A stretch of 64,000 bases of DNA from Phallusia mammillata (taxonomy: Eukaryota). Each line of letters opens with the position of its first letter. Positions within the stretch are counted from its first letter, which is position 1. Position numbers and translations under genes: made by a program. The stretch covers positions 3,472,001-3,536,000 of the forward strand of contig OZ281501.1 of assembly GCA_965637545.1 (NCBI GenBank), written 5' to 3'. Under the pieces are notes generated by a model that was given only the letters and a program-made list of their open reading frames with translations, searched no databases and had not been told where the DNA came from. Of this stretch, positions 24,133 to 36,851 are shown one piece after another.

Positions 24133-27100
24133 ATGAAGATGAATTGGAGTACACTCTTTCTTATCAGCTTATTGTTTGGGGTTCTAAACGCAGCAACAGA
24201 AACTTCATCTAAACTGACTGATCAGAAAGGTATTTGCGACTGTGTATGTGTAAAGTTGTTGTTGTTGTTTGAATTGTGGCTCGTTTTAGTAGGCGCTAAA
24301 ATCTTGTCATCATAAATTAGGCTATATGGTTTTGGCTGAATAATTTGGCGCGCCTGACCCATATACAGACATACAAACTCGGTGTTAATTCTTTTGCAAT
24401 AAATTGTGTTAAAATGTTTACCTTTATCAATTGCCAAAATAAAGTCCCGAACGAAATTATGTTGCAGTTGATGCCCAAAAATAAGAACAATGTTAAAATC
24501 GACCAAACTTTTAAAATATACGAGTGTATGTTGAAAATATATTCGTTAAATTTACCTCTAAAATTACATTATTTTTTCTTTTTTAGGTGATTTATGCAAC
24601 GGTCCATACGACATTATCACGTGCACTTGTCCAGATACCATGTTTAGCTGCGCATGTAGAGAAATTGGTAAATGCAAATGGGGTTCTGGGTGCATCCCAA
24701 CAGTATGGCGAAACGACAGCATCAATCACTGTGGCGAGTGGAGCGATGAAATAAACTGTCTCCCTGAGGACATCTTCTGCGCATGCGCAAACACCTCTGA
24801 AGGATGCGGTTCGGGACGGAAGTGCTACACCAAGGATGAACGCTGCGATGGTAGTGCAGATTGTCATGATGGAAGTGACGAAATGAACTGCACTTGCAGC
24901 TCTGATCAGGTCCCTTGTGAAGGTTACGGTTACGTTGACTCAGTTGCAACACCGTGCATTCATTACACATATATAAACGACAATTACAACGATTGTGGAG
25001 ATTGGGGAGACGAACCGAACCTAACTTGCCCAGAGGAGGATTTCAAATGCGATTGTTTTGGCAACGATGACTGTTATGAAGGGTGTGTGGCAAGCGATTT
25101 GAAATGCAACCATATTCCAGACTGTAGTGACGGAAGTGATGAACGTAACTGCCCGTGTCCTGACAGTACGTTTCGATGTCCATGCGCAAATGCTCTAACA
25201 TGCCCATTTTCGCCTTGCTATCCTGAAACTTGGCGTTGTAACGGAAGGGGAGACTGTGGTGATTGGAGTGATGAATTAAACTGCACTTGCAAGTCAGAGC
25301 AGTTTGCTTGTGATTGCTACGCCAACCCCGCGACTTGTACAACCAAGCAAGGTTGTATTAGTTTGTCTAAAAGGTGCGACGGTAATCCAGACTGCCAGGA
25401 TGGGGAGGATGAACTGAACTGTACGTGTGACATGTATCAATGCGCTTGTTTTGATAAAAAGTGTTATCCCAATGGATGCATTTCTGTAAATCAGCAGTGC
25501 AACGGCTTTAACGACTGTGGAGACTGGAGCGACGAAGTTAATTGCGACGATATGGCAAAAACTTTCCAGTGCTTGTCTTGCAAGGACAATTGTAGCATCG
25601 AAAATCACCAGCGCATAGAACAGTCACAAGTTTGCAATGGAAAAGCTGATTGTGCTGACGCTAGCGATGAAGCCATCTGCGACTGCAACAATGCTGCCAG
25701 TATTTTGCAATGTGATAACGGAGGTTGCATTCCTGATCGTTGGATTCAGGGAATACTCAATTACTGTAATCTTGGAGGTAACCCAGCTTGTAAAAGGACA
25801 AACGCGTGGTGTGGCTCAGCTCCTATCTCGATTTGGGATTGCACAGGTCCTTTGGAATTGTTATCATCTATTAACGCAATGCGTATATATGGACATAAAT
25901 GTTCCAGTACAAATCCGGTTTGTGTTGAAAAATGGAGAATTGTCAGTAATCCAAGCCAAGAATGTGATGGGCTTTTCCAGTGTGAAGACGGATCGTTTAT
26001 TAACAACCGCTTCTTTTGTGACGTCAACAATGACGTTGGTGCTTCTTGTAATGACGACAGCGATGAACTTTGCGGTGGCTTCGGTTTTCAGTGTGCTGGT
26101 CCAAGCAGGAAGGCAGTTTGCATATTACCACAGGCCAATGTTTACGATTCTGAGGCTCAATGTTCTGACCGATCCGATCTTTGCTTCGAAAATGGCGAGT
26201 TTCGGTGTTTTCAATGCTTGGACAAAAAGTTGATTATCTCGCCCAAGCAAGTATGCGACGGTGTAGTCAATTGCTACGATATGTCCGACGAATGCTTATG
26301 CGCAAACACAACAATTTGCGACGAACTAAGAGGATCATGCTCCCGCAATGAAATTCGCTGTAACGATAACTGTGTTGACATGGGAACAACGCTTTGTAAT
26401 TCATCAGTTGATTGCAGCGGTTTGAACACAAAGTACTGCAGTTGCCATCAAGGTGCAGGCGAAACCATGACATGCAACACTGGAAAGGATCTTAAAATAG
26501 CGCTAAAATGTGACGGGAACCCTGAATGTCTCTTATTTGAGGACGAATGTGAAGCATGTGCACAACCAGCCGCATTTTGTGACCATCCTTGCGTCAATGA
26601 AATCAGAGACATGTGGAAAAACCACCAACAGACAAGCGACGTGCGGTTTTGTGACGGCTTGGTTGAGGAGATTTACGGCACCAAACATACTCGAGACTGT
26701 CCTCTTGCGGGGGAACAATTCTGTAACGCGTCTCGTTTTTACTGCATGCGTGCGGATCCTTTAAGCGTTAGTATAAGCATCAATGAAGTGTGCGACGGAA
26801 AAAATGACTGTGACGACGGTTCAGACGAGGAACAGTCACTGTGCAAGGAGTATGTAATGCTATGCGCTGATGGAGAGAAAAACATATCCAAATTACGCGA
26901 GTGCGATGGTGTGTTTGACTGTAAAGATCTTTCGGACGAATCTAAGCAACTCTGCAGCAAAAAACGTTTCGTTTGTGCTTCAGGCAACGTTTTCTCTATC
27001 GAGATTTCTTTGCTGGAAGACGGAAAGCCGGACTGCGAAGATGGAAGTGACGAATGTGTTTCTCTCTTCTCAGACCGCTACGAAATGATTTCTTCTTCAC

Positions 27101-28233
27101 TATTTCGGGCGTGTTTCTGGATAATGGGGTTTACCGCCTTGCTCGGAAATGCGGCTGTATTCACATCTACAATCAATTTTCTGCTCACCACCAACGCCGT
27201 GCCAAACACCACAAAATGCGCAAACATGTTCATTTTAAACCTTTCTATCGCTGATTTCCTAATGGGGGTATATCTTATAAGCATTGTGTCTGTCGGTGTA
27301 ACGTTTCAGGGTGAATATTGTGCTCATGACAAAGAATGGAGGTCAAGTCCTACCTGTTCCCGTTTAGGCGCATTAGCAATTGTCTCTTCTGAGGCATCCG
27401 CATTTACTATGACAGCAATGACCACATATCGATTTATCTCAGTTTACCAACCGTTTACAGCAAAACACATGGACTTTCGTAAAGTAACAGCATGGTCAAC
27501 AGTGACGGCTTGGGGGTTCGCTGGATTACTTGGAGCAGTGCCTCTTTTCAAATCCAAAATCGAGTATTTTCAATGGGACATTTGGTTTCCAAACTATTTC
27601 TTTGGTAAGCAAGTAGTGGAAGTTAAATCTATGATTGGTTTGGCAAAGAAAATCTCAAACTCAACATTGAGCAGCTGGGTAGAGTCAAAACATGTTATTT
27701 CTGAATCCTTTCCGGGTTCAATACGAGGCGAATTTGGTTATTACGGAGAAACAAGCGTCTGTATGCCGCGCCTGTTTGCCACTTCGAATCAAGGGGCTTG
27801 GGAATATTCGACGTTTATCATCACAATTAACTTTGTTATGTTTCTTTACGTGTTCTTTGTTTACGCCTTCATTTACAAGGAAGGAAACAGAATGAGCCAA
27901 TACCGAAATTCAGATATTAGCGTGAAAATGCAAAAACGCATTTTTCGGCTCATACTGACAGATTTTTGTTGCTGGATTCCTATTTGCATCATGGGGTATC
28001 TCAGTGTATTTGGTGTAGAAATGCCACCCGATGCTTATGTTGCTAGTGCATGTATTTTGCTACCAATTAACAGTGCAATTAATCCTATGTTGTACTCCAG
28101 AGTCATTGGACAAAGAATAGCGAAATCTAAGCGCTATTTAAGCCGAAAAACGTCTTACACACTAAACTACGTCAGGGGTAATAACTCATCTAAAACACAA
28201 TCGTCGGTTAAAATTGAGCTTGAAACCCCTTAA
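24133..28233 (+). CDS. LDLa-repeat class A GPCR, copy 2, ~1247 aa
   Basis: Exons 24133-24229 and 24587-28233; intact frame; differs from copy 1 at about 17 residues. Confidence 0.93.
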
Positions 28234-28960
28234 AAGCAGATGGAAGTGTTGTAAGCACAATAAGCCCAAAACATTACAAAATTAAGGCGAATAATGTAGT
28301 GTTTGCCTACTGTTGTTTTGGTGCAATGACTAGGTTTCCATATTTTTAATAAAAAGCCTTTATTAACTACAAACATGCTTCAGCAATAAAATTCGATTTG
28401 TTTGATACTTTGTTACTAAGTTTAAAAATTTGCAATGTATTTTTTTGTACAAACTGTTTCCGTGGGTCATTTTATTCACATATGTGTACTTCATTTGCTG
28501 AAAGTTTGTGCGCAATGTATGCTGTAAAAATTCTGTTTTCTGTATTTGTTGTGTACATTGTTACCACAGTTTTGAAACAAGCGTTTGTACTGAAAGTGTG
28601 TAGTCTCCGATTCTTTTAGGTATAATTTGTGGCCTTTAAGACATTTTTGAAATATCGCAATATTATCAGACATTAGAGAACTTACTTTTCCGTAAAAATA
28701 AAGTGGAGACATGAAAAACAAAACTATCGGAATTATAATATCTTTGCGGTAACTATAAGCTTAGCTCATGACAACGGGAAATATAAGGGGATTTTTTGGC
28801 ACGATTTTTAAAATCTGCCATTGTTATTTGTTTATCTTATAACGAAACAAAAAGATTTCGGGGAAAACGCATAAAAACTATACTATCAGTGTTGCGAAAC
28901 AACCCGTTATCGCATTTTAAACTCTAGAGGAATTTAGTGGAGTGGATTTAATTAGTTAAC

Positions 28961-29290
28961 ATGGAAAACACACATGAGGTATTTATTTCTCAAATTTTAT
29001 GTTTGTAAATTAAATTATTTAATATTTCAAGCCAGAACTAAAGGGGTAATGATAGTGCAAGTTTATTAACCTCCATTATACTAAACACCTTAAAACTTTT
29101 ATCATATTATTATTTAAGGCATGTGGAGTACTAAAATTCTTAAAAAAATTAAAATGTATTTTTTTGAAAATAAGCATCATTTAAACGTTTCTTGTTGATT
29201 ATATGTTGTAAAAATGAAATGACTGTTTTAATCTTTGATTAGCTGTTCCTTAATGTTGATCTAAATGAGGATTTGCTTGATTACGGTTGA
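28961..29290 (+). pseudogene. Truncated 5' duplicate of MAD2L1BP, unit 2
   Basis: MENTHE|GT at 28961-28978, acceptor at 29242, then LFLNVDLNEDLLDYG*. Confidence 0.85.
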
Positions 29291-31516
29291 AATTGAGTTC
29301 ACTTTTATAACTCGAAAGAACCGCTATTGAAGCATTTTGTAATATGTCATGTTTTTTCCTCTGCTCATTCTGGGCAAACGGATCAATTACTTGACTTTAC
29401 ATGCAGAAAATTGACGTGTTGCAAACAGATACATCCAAATGAATAGAATTTCATTTATGGCCGTTATAAATTAAATGGTTTTAGTCTAAATTGAATTTGA
29501 AACCGTTTACAATATCCCTTGCAAAACAATCCCTCAATGGATTGCGTTTTCGGGATAATAGGAAAAGGTCGCAAGACATTTGACCTGGAAACCCTGTGGA
29601 CAAAACGGTCGAATTTCTTTATTGTCGTTTATGCAGTGGAAAATAGAAACGCGTAACCTTATACCCAGCTATGGGTTTTTCACGACAGGAAAATCTTTAC
29701 ATGGAGACAGGCTGACATTAGCGCTTTCCTTGAAATACCGTTCAAGACCCGCCCGAATGGCCTTTGCTATTTGAGCAAAAATCTACAGAAAACCGTATTC
29801 GCCAACTGTGTTGACAGGTGGAATCATATGTCCTTCCTTAAGAGTAACTCGAATAAACTCTTAAGTGTAGTGATGGCTTGATGTGCTACACTAGTCTATT
29901 TGATAGACATATCTTTGACAGCTCTCTGGATTACAGACCTCTGTGCGGTTTGAGCATGCTATTGATGATGTCTTAGCAAACAGGAAGCTTGCATTCGACA
30001 AGCTTATATATAAGCTATATTGGCGCACAAATTACTTGGAAGGGCCAAATTACGAAAAATTGTTGTTTGCCTGTTTATAGCTTAAAGCGCTAAACCAATA
30101 ATGCTTAACGATAGGGCAGCCGACAGGTTCAACTGTTTGGTTAAGTTTTATAATGTTTGTGTTCGTTTTGTTTGACAGTTGTTTACTCAATGGTCGCATG
30201 CATTGTTTTCATTGTATTTGAAAGCCGTTTTCAAAAAGTCGCAAATCAATTTGAAACGTTTTTTAGAATATTTTTGAAATATGTATGTACACTCAGATAT
30301 TGCCTAGTATCTTTTTGCTAAAAGTGTGCTTCATCTGTTTCAAAACCGCGCCATTGCTCAATGGGCTATTTTTTAAATAGTTGCAATTGTTATAAAACTA
30401 GAGAGACAGTGTTCGCTTAGGGTGTTTTTAAGCGGTTTTTCTTAATGCATATTTAGCTTTTAAGACGTACGTATAAACCACAATCGACATACGTACGTGG
30501 TAATGCAAGAGGTTATGTTTGTAATGTGGCTTGAAGGATTTGCGTGCAAAATATCTAAAGGGTTTTTCCACGTTTTGTTAGACCATTTAAATAGACTTGG
30601 CCCAACCATGCAGAGTCGCAGTTTACGTTAAAATATCGTAGGCGAGGTCAGGTGCAATATAACTTTGATTAGAGTTTCTTTACACTTTGCCAAAATGGTA
30701 AGAAAAAATGTAAGTAATATGTTCAGTGACAGGTGTAATTCGATAAAAAACATGTGAGTTATCGTGCTAGTAGCTCCGCCGTGTTTTACCCTTTGCTGCT
30801 ATATATGATTTCTGTGGGGAATATTTCATGTTTACCGTTTTGCGCAAATGCGTTGGTCCTGTGGAATTTTGTTATTGACCTTCTGTTGATTTTATTATGA
30901 CGTACAGTTACGTAACAAACCGCGAAGTTGTGTATCAAAAGTTTGTGCTCCCCACAAAATCTGACCAGTGGCAAATGGAATATTACGAGTTATAAATATA
31001 ACTTAAGAGTCGTTTTTTGGGTTTCAAATGAATGGTGCAAAATTGTTGGGCGTTGCCAAAAGACCGGACCATTTAAAGGTGTTATGTGACTCAGAAGGGA
31101 TGATTTGTTGAAATAATCGTAATAAGTCCACATAACTATATCTATTATATTTTTATTGTTTATGCAAAAATAACTTTTTCCAGCTTTAGAGAGATTTTTT
31201 TTAACTGCTAAAGTGTTTGCTTTGATTCGGACTAAGAAAAGGACGATTTTTTCAATCCAAGAAACCAAGAGAAATCATTTTTGGGTGAGCTAATTTAAAA
31301 CACGACTGTGGAAGTATAGAAATGCAATTCAATAGAAAATAAAATCATGTTGGCGTAACTCAATGCGTTTCTAGGGATTTATATCATACATTAATGTGAA
31401 AATTTGGAGTAAGTCCTTATCGCAAAATGCCACTTTAAGTAAAAAATAATACAAGACAAAGTTTACGGGAAACACACACAGAGACGCGCCAAAGTTAAAA
31501 TGCGATTCATTTAGAT

Positions 31517-31940
31517 CAGTGGTTCCCAAACTTTTTCATATTTTTTTCAAAACGGTCCCTTTGCCATTATTTCGAGGGCTCGCGGTCCTTAAGCCTAAAT
31601 GTGTATTTCATAAAAAACGAATATTGATTGCAGGATTTTAGTTAGTTATGCAAAATTGCACATAACAATCATCTAAAGACAGCACGTGACATCACAAACA
31701 GGACAAAAAACATTACAATTGTGCGCGAACAATTGCTTTTTTGATAGTTGTCATTCAATAAAGGCCATTGTTTAGCAATGGAGACAGTCGATTCTCAATT
31801 CTACTTTGATTTAAACTTATTTAGTGGCACAATTACTGACGCCAAATAAGATTATAGAATTTCTTCAACCGCTTCGCGGTCCCTCCAAAATTGCCTCACG
31901 GACCCCTAAAGGACCGCGGACCCCAGTTTGGGAACCGCTG
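31517..31940. mobile_element. hAT-type MITE, 424 bp, specific to unit 3
   Basis: TIRs CAGTGGTTCCCAAACT ... AGTTTGGGAACCGCTG. Perfect TSD ATTTAGAT. Units 1 and 2 have the empty site (CATTTAGATTGTT, ~16268 and ~24067). Confidence 0.95.
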
Positions 31941-32012
31941 ATTTAGATTGTTTTTGCATGGTTATAACGGGTTAATAAATGCTTATTTGTTTGTTCCATT
32001 TTAGCAACAAAG

Positions 32013-35000
32013 ATGAATTGGAGAACACACTTCCTTATCTGCCTATTGTTTGGGGTTCTAAACGAAGCAACAGAAACTTCGCCTAAGTTGACAGATCAGA
32101 AAGGTAATTGCGACTGTGTATGTGTAAAGTTGTTTAAACTCGAGGCTCGCTTTGGTGAGCTATAGGTGGCTCTATTTTCATGTCACCATAAATTATATAG
32201 TTTTGGCCGAATAGTTCGGGGCGCCTGACCCATATACAGACATACAAACACCGTGTTATTTTTTTACAATAAATTGTGTTAAAATGTTTACCTTTACCAA
32301 TTGCCAAAATAAAATCGAGAAAAATTAGTTGTGTTGCAGTTGTTGCCAAAAGTTAAAATAATGTTAAAATCAACAAACGTTCAAAATATACTGGTGTATG
32401 GGGAAAATATATTCGTTAAATTTACCTCTAAATTTACTTGATTATTTTTCTCTTGACAGGTGATTTATGCAACGGTCCATACGACAATATCACGTGCACT
32501 TGTCCGGATACCATGTTTAGCTGCGCATGCAGAGAAATTGGTAAATGCAAATGGGGATCTGGGTGCATCCCAACAGTATGGCGAAGTGACAGCATCAATC
32601 ACTGTGGCGAGTGGAGCGATGAAATAAACTGTCTCCCTGAGGACATCTTCTGCGCATGCGCAAACACCTCTGAAGGATGCGGTACGGGACGGAAGTGCTA
32701 CACCAAGCATGAACGCTGCGATGGTAGTGCGGATTGTCATGATGGAAGTGACGAAATGAACTGCACTTGCAGCTCTAAACAGGTCCCTTGTGAAGGTTAC
32801 GGATACGTTGACTCAGTTACAACACCGTGCATTGATTACACATATATAAACGACAATTACAACGATTGTGGAGATTGGGGAGACGAGCTGAACCTAACTT
32901 GCCCAGAGGAGGATTTCAAATGCGATTGTTATGGCAAAGATGACTGTTATAAAGGGTGTGTGGCAAGCGACTCGAAATGCAACCATATTCCAGACTGTAG
33001 TGACGGAAGTGATGAACGTAACTGTCCGTGTCCTGACAGTACGTTTCGATGTCCATGCGCAAATGCTCTAACATGCCCATTTTCGCCTTGCTATCCTGAA
33101 ACTTGGCGTTGTAACGGAAGGGGAGACTGTGGTGATTGGAGTGATGAATTAAACTGCACTTGCAAGTCAGAGCAGTTTGCTTGTGATTGCTACGCCAACC
33201 CCGCGACTTGTACAACCAAGCAAGGTTGTATTAGTTTGTCTAAAAGGTGCGACGGTAATCCAGACTGCCAGGATGGTGAGGATGAACTGAACTGTACGTG
33301 TGACATGTATCAATGCGCTTGTTTTGATAAAAAGTGTTATCCCAATGGATGCATTTCTGTAAATCAGCAGTGCAACGGCTTTAACGACTGTGGAGACTGG
33401 AGCGACGAAGTTAATTGCGACGATATGGCAAAAACTTTCCAGTGCTTGTCTTGCAAGGACAATTGTAGCATCGAAAATCACCAGCGCATAGAACAGTCAC
33501 AAGTTTGCAATGGAAAAGCTGATTGTGCTGACGCTAGCGATGAAGCCATCTGCGACTGCAACAATGCTGCCAGTATTTTGCAATGTGATAACGGAGGTTG
33601 CATTCCTGATCGTTGGATTCAGGGAATACTCAATTACTGTAATCTTGGAGGTAACCCAGCTTGTAAAAGGACAAACGCGTGGTGTGGCTCAGCTCCTATC
33701 TCGATTTGGGATTGCACAGGTCCTTTGGAATTGTTATCATCTATTAACGCAATGCGTATATATGGACATAAATGTTCCAGTACAAATCCGGTTTGTGTTG
33801 AAAAATGGAGAATTGTCAGTAATCATAGCCAAGAATGTGATGGGCTTTTCCAGTGTGAAGACGGATCGTTTATTAACAACCGCTTCTTTTGTGACGTCAA
33901 CAATGACGTTGATGCTTCTTGTAATGACGACAGCGATGAACTTTGCGGTGGCTTCGGTTTTCAGTGTGCTGGTCCAAGCAGGAAGGCAGTTTGCATATTA
34001 CCACAGGCCAATGTTTACGATTCTGAGGCTCAATGTTCTGACCGATCCGATCTTTGCTTCGAAAATGGCGAGTTTCGGTGTTTTCAATGCTTGGACAAAA
34101 AGTTGATTATCTCGCCCAAGCAAGTATGCGACGGTGTAGTCAATTGCTACGATATGTCCGACGAATGCTTATGCGCAAACACAACAATCTGCGACGAACT
34201 AAGAGGATCATGCTCCCGCAATGAAATTCGCTGTAACGATAACTGTGTTGACATGGGAACAACGCTTTGTAATTCATCAGTTGATTGCAGCGGTTTGAAC
34301 ACAAAGTACTGCAGTTGCCATCAAGGTGCAGGCGAAACCATGACATGCAACACTGGAAAGGATCTTAAAATAGCGCTAAAATGTGACGGGAACCCTGAAT
34401 GTCTCTTATTTGAGGACGAATGTGAAGCATGTGCACAACCAGCCGCATTTTGTGACCATCCTTGCGTCAATGAAATCAGAGACATGTGGAAAAACCACCA
34501 ACAGACAAGCGACGTGCGGTTTTGTGACGGCTTGGTTGAGGAGATTTACGGCACCAAACATACTCGAGACTGTCCTCTTGCGGGGGAACAATTCTGTAAC
34601 GCGTCTCGTTTTTACTGCATGCGTGCGGATCCTTTAAGCGTTAGTATAAGCATCAATGAAGTGTGCGACGGAAAAAATGACTGTGACGACGGTTCAGACG
34701 AGGAACAGTCACTGTGCAAGGAGTATGTAATGCTATGCGCTGATGGAGAGAAAAACATATCCAAATTACGCGAGTGCGATGGTGTGTTTGACTGTAAAGA
34801 TCTTTCGGACGAATCTAAGCAACTCTGCAGCAAAAAACGTTTCGTTTGTGCTTCAGGCAACGTTTTCTCTATCGAGATTTCTTTGCTGGAAGACGGAAAG
34901 CCGGACTGCGAAGATGGAAGTGACGAATGTGTTTCTCTCTTCTCAGACCGCTACGAAATGATTTCTTCTTCACTATTTCGGGCGTGTTTCTGGATAATGG

Positions 35001-36136
35001 GGTTTACCGCCTTGCTCGGAAATGCGGCTGTATTCACATCTACAATCAATTTTCTGCTCACCACCAACGCCGTGCCCAACACCACAAAATGCGCAAACAT
35101 GTTCATTTTAAACCTTTCTATCGCTGATTTCCTAATGGGGGTATATCTTATAAGCATTGTGTCTGTCGGTGTAACGTTTCAGGGTGAATATTGTGCTCAT
35201 GACAAAGAATGGAGGTCAAGTCCTACCTGTTCCCGTTTAGGCGCATTAGCAATTGTCTCTTCTGAGGCATCCGCATTTACTATGACAGCAATGACCACAT
35301 ATCGATTTATCTCAGTTTACCAACCGTTTACAGCAAAACACATGGACTTTCGTAAAGTAACAGCATGGTCAACAGTGACGGCTTGGGGGTTCGCTGGATT
35401 ACTTGGAGCAGTGCCTCTTTTCAAATCCAAAATCGAGTATTTTCAATGGGACATTTGGTTTCCAAACTATTTCTTTGGTAAGCAAGTAGTGGAAGTTAAA
35501 TCTATGATTGGTTTGGCAAAGAAAATCTCAAACTCAACATTGAGCAGCTGGGTAGAGTCAAAACATGTTATTTCTGAATCCTTTCCGGGTTCAATACGAG
35601 GCGAATTTGGTTATTACGGAGAAACAAGCGTCTGTATGCCGCGCCTGTTTGCCACTTCGAATCAAGGGGCTTGGGAATATTCGACGTTTATCATCACAAT
35701 TAACTTTGTTATGTTTCTTTACGTGTTCTTTGTTTACGCCTTCATTTACAAGGAAGGAAACAGAATGAGCCAATACCGAAATTCAGATATTAGCGTGAAA
35801 ATGCAAAAACGCATTTTTCGGCTCATACTGACAGATTTTTGTTGCTGGATTCCTATTTGCATCATGGGGTATCTCAGTGTATTTGGTGTAGAAATGCCAC
35901 CCAATGCTTATGTTGCTAGTGCATGTATTTTGCTACCAATTAACAGTGCAATTAATCCTATGTTGTACTCCAGAGTCATTGGACAAAGAATAGCGAAATC
36001 TAAGCGCTATTTAAGCCGAAAAACGTCTTACACACTGAACTACGTCAGGGGTAATAGCTCATCTAAAACACAATCGTCGGTTAAAATTGAGCTTGAAACC
36101 CCTCAAAACAGATGGAAGTGTTGTAAGCACAATTAG
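32013..36136 (+). CDS. LDLa-repeat class A GPCR, copy 3, ~1255 aa
   Basis: Exon 32013-32103 (MNWRTHFLICLLFGVLNEATETSPKLTDQK) and exon 32460-36136. The first ATG is lost. The stop is replaced by CAA, adding QNRWKCCKHN. Confidence 0.92.
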
Positions 36137-36851
36137 TCCAAAACATCATAAATCTAGGGCGATTAATGTAGTATTTGCCTACTGTTGTTTTGGTGGTATA
36201 ACTAGGTTTTTCTGCGTTTGTATGCATGTACAATTTTTCAGAAAAGTCTTCATTGACCACATACATTTTTTCAGCAAAGTTCGATTTGTTTGGTACTTTT
36301 TAACTAAGTTTAAAAATTTGCAATGTTTTTTTTGTACAAACTGTTTCCATGGGTCATTTTATTCACATATGTGTGCATCATTTGCTGAAAGTTTGTGCGC
36401 AATGTATGCTGTAAAAATTCTGTTTTCTGTATTTGTTGTGTACATTGTTACCACAGTTTTGAAACAAGCGTTTGTACTGAAAGTCTGTAGTCTCTTTTAG
36501 GTATAATTTGTGGCCTTTAAGACATTTTTTGAAATATCGCAATATTATCAGACATTAGACAACTTACTTTTCCGTAAAAATAAAGATGAGACATGAAAAA
36601 CAAACTATCGGAATTATAATATCTTTTCCGTAACTATAAGCTTAGCTCATGACAACGGGAAATATAAGGGGATTTTTTGGCACGATTTTTAAAATCTGCT
36701 ATTGTTATTTGTTTATCTTTTTTACTATAACGAAACAAACAATTTTCGGGGAAAACGCATGAAAAACTATAGTATCAGTGTTGCATAACAACCCGTCTTC
36801 ACATTTAAACACTAGAGGAATTTAGTGGACTGGACTTAATCAGTTAACAAC

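Noticed and set aside
32438-32459. ORF-track start MIIFLLT for GPCR copy 3
   Set aside because: This is the intronic polypyrimidine tract. The real start is the upstream signal-peptide exon at 32013.
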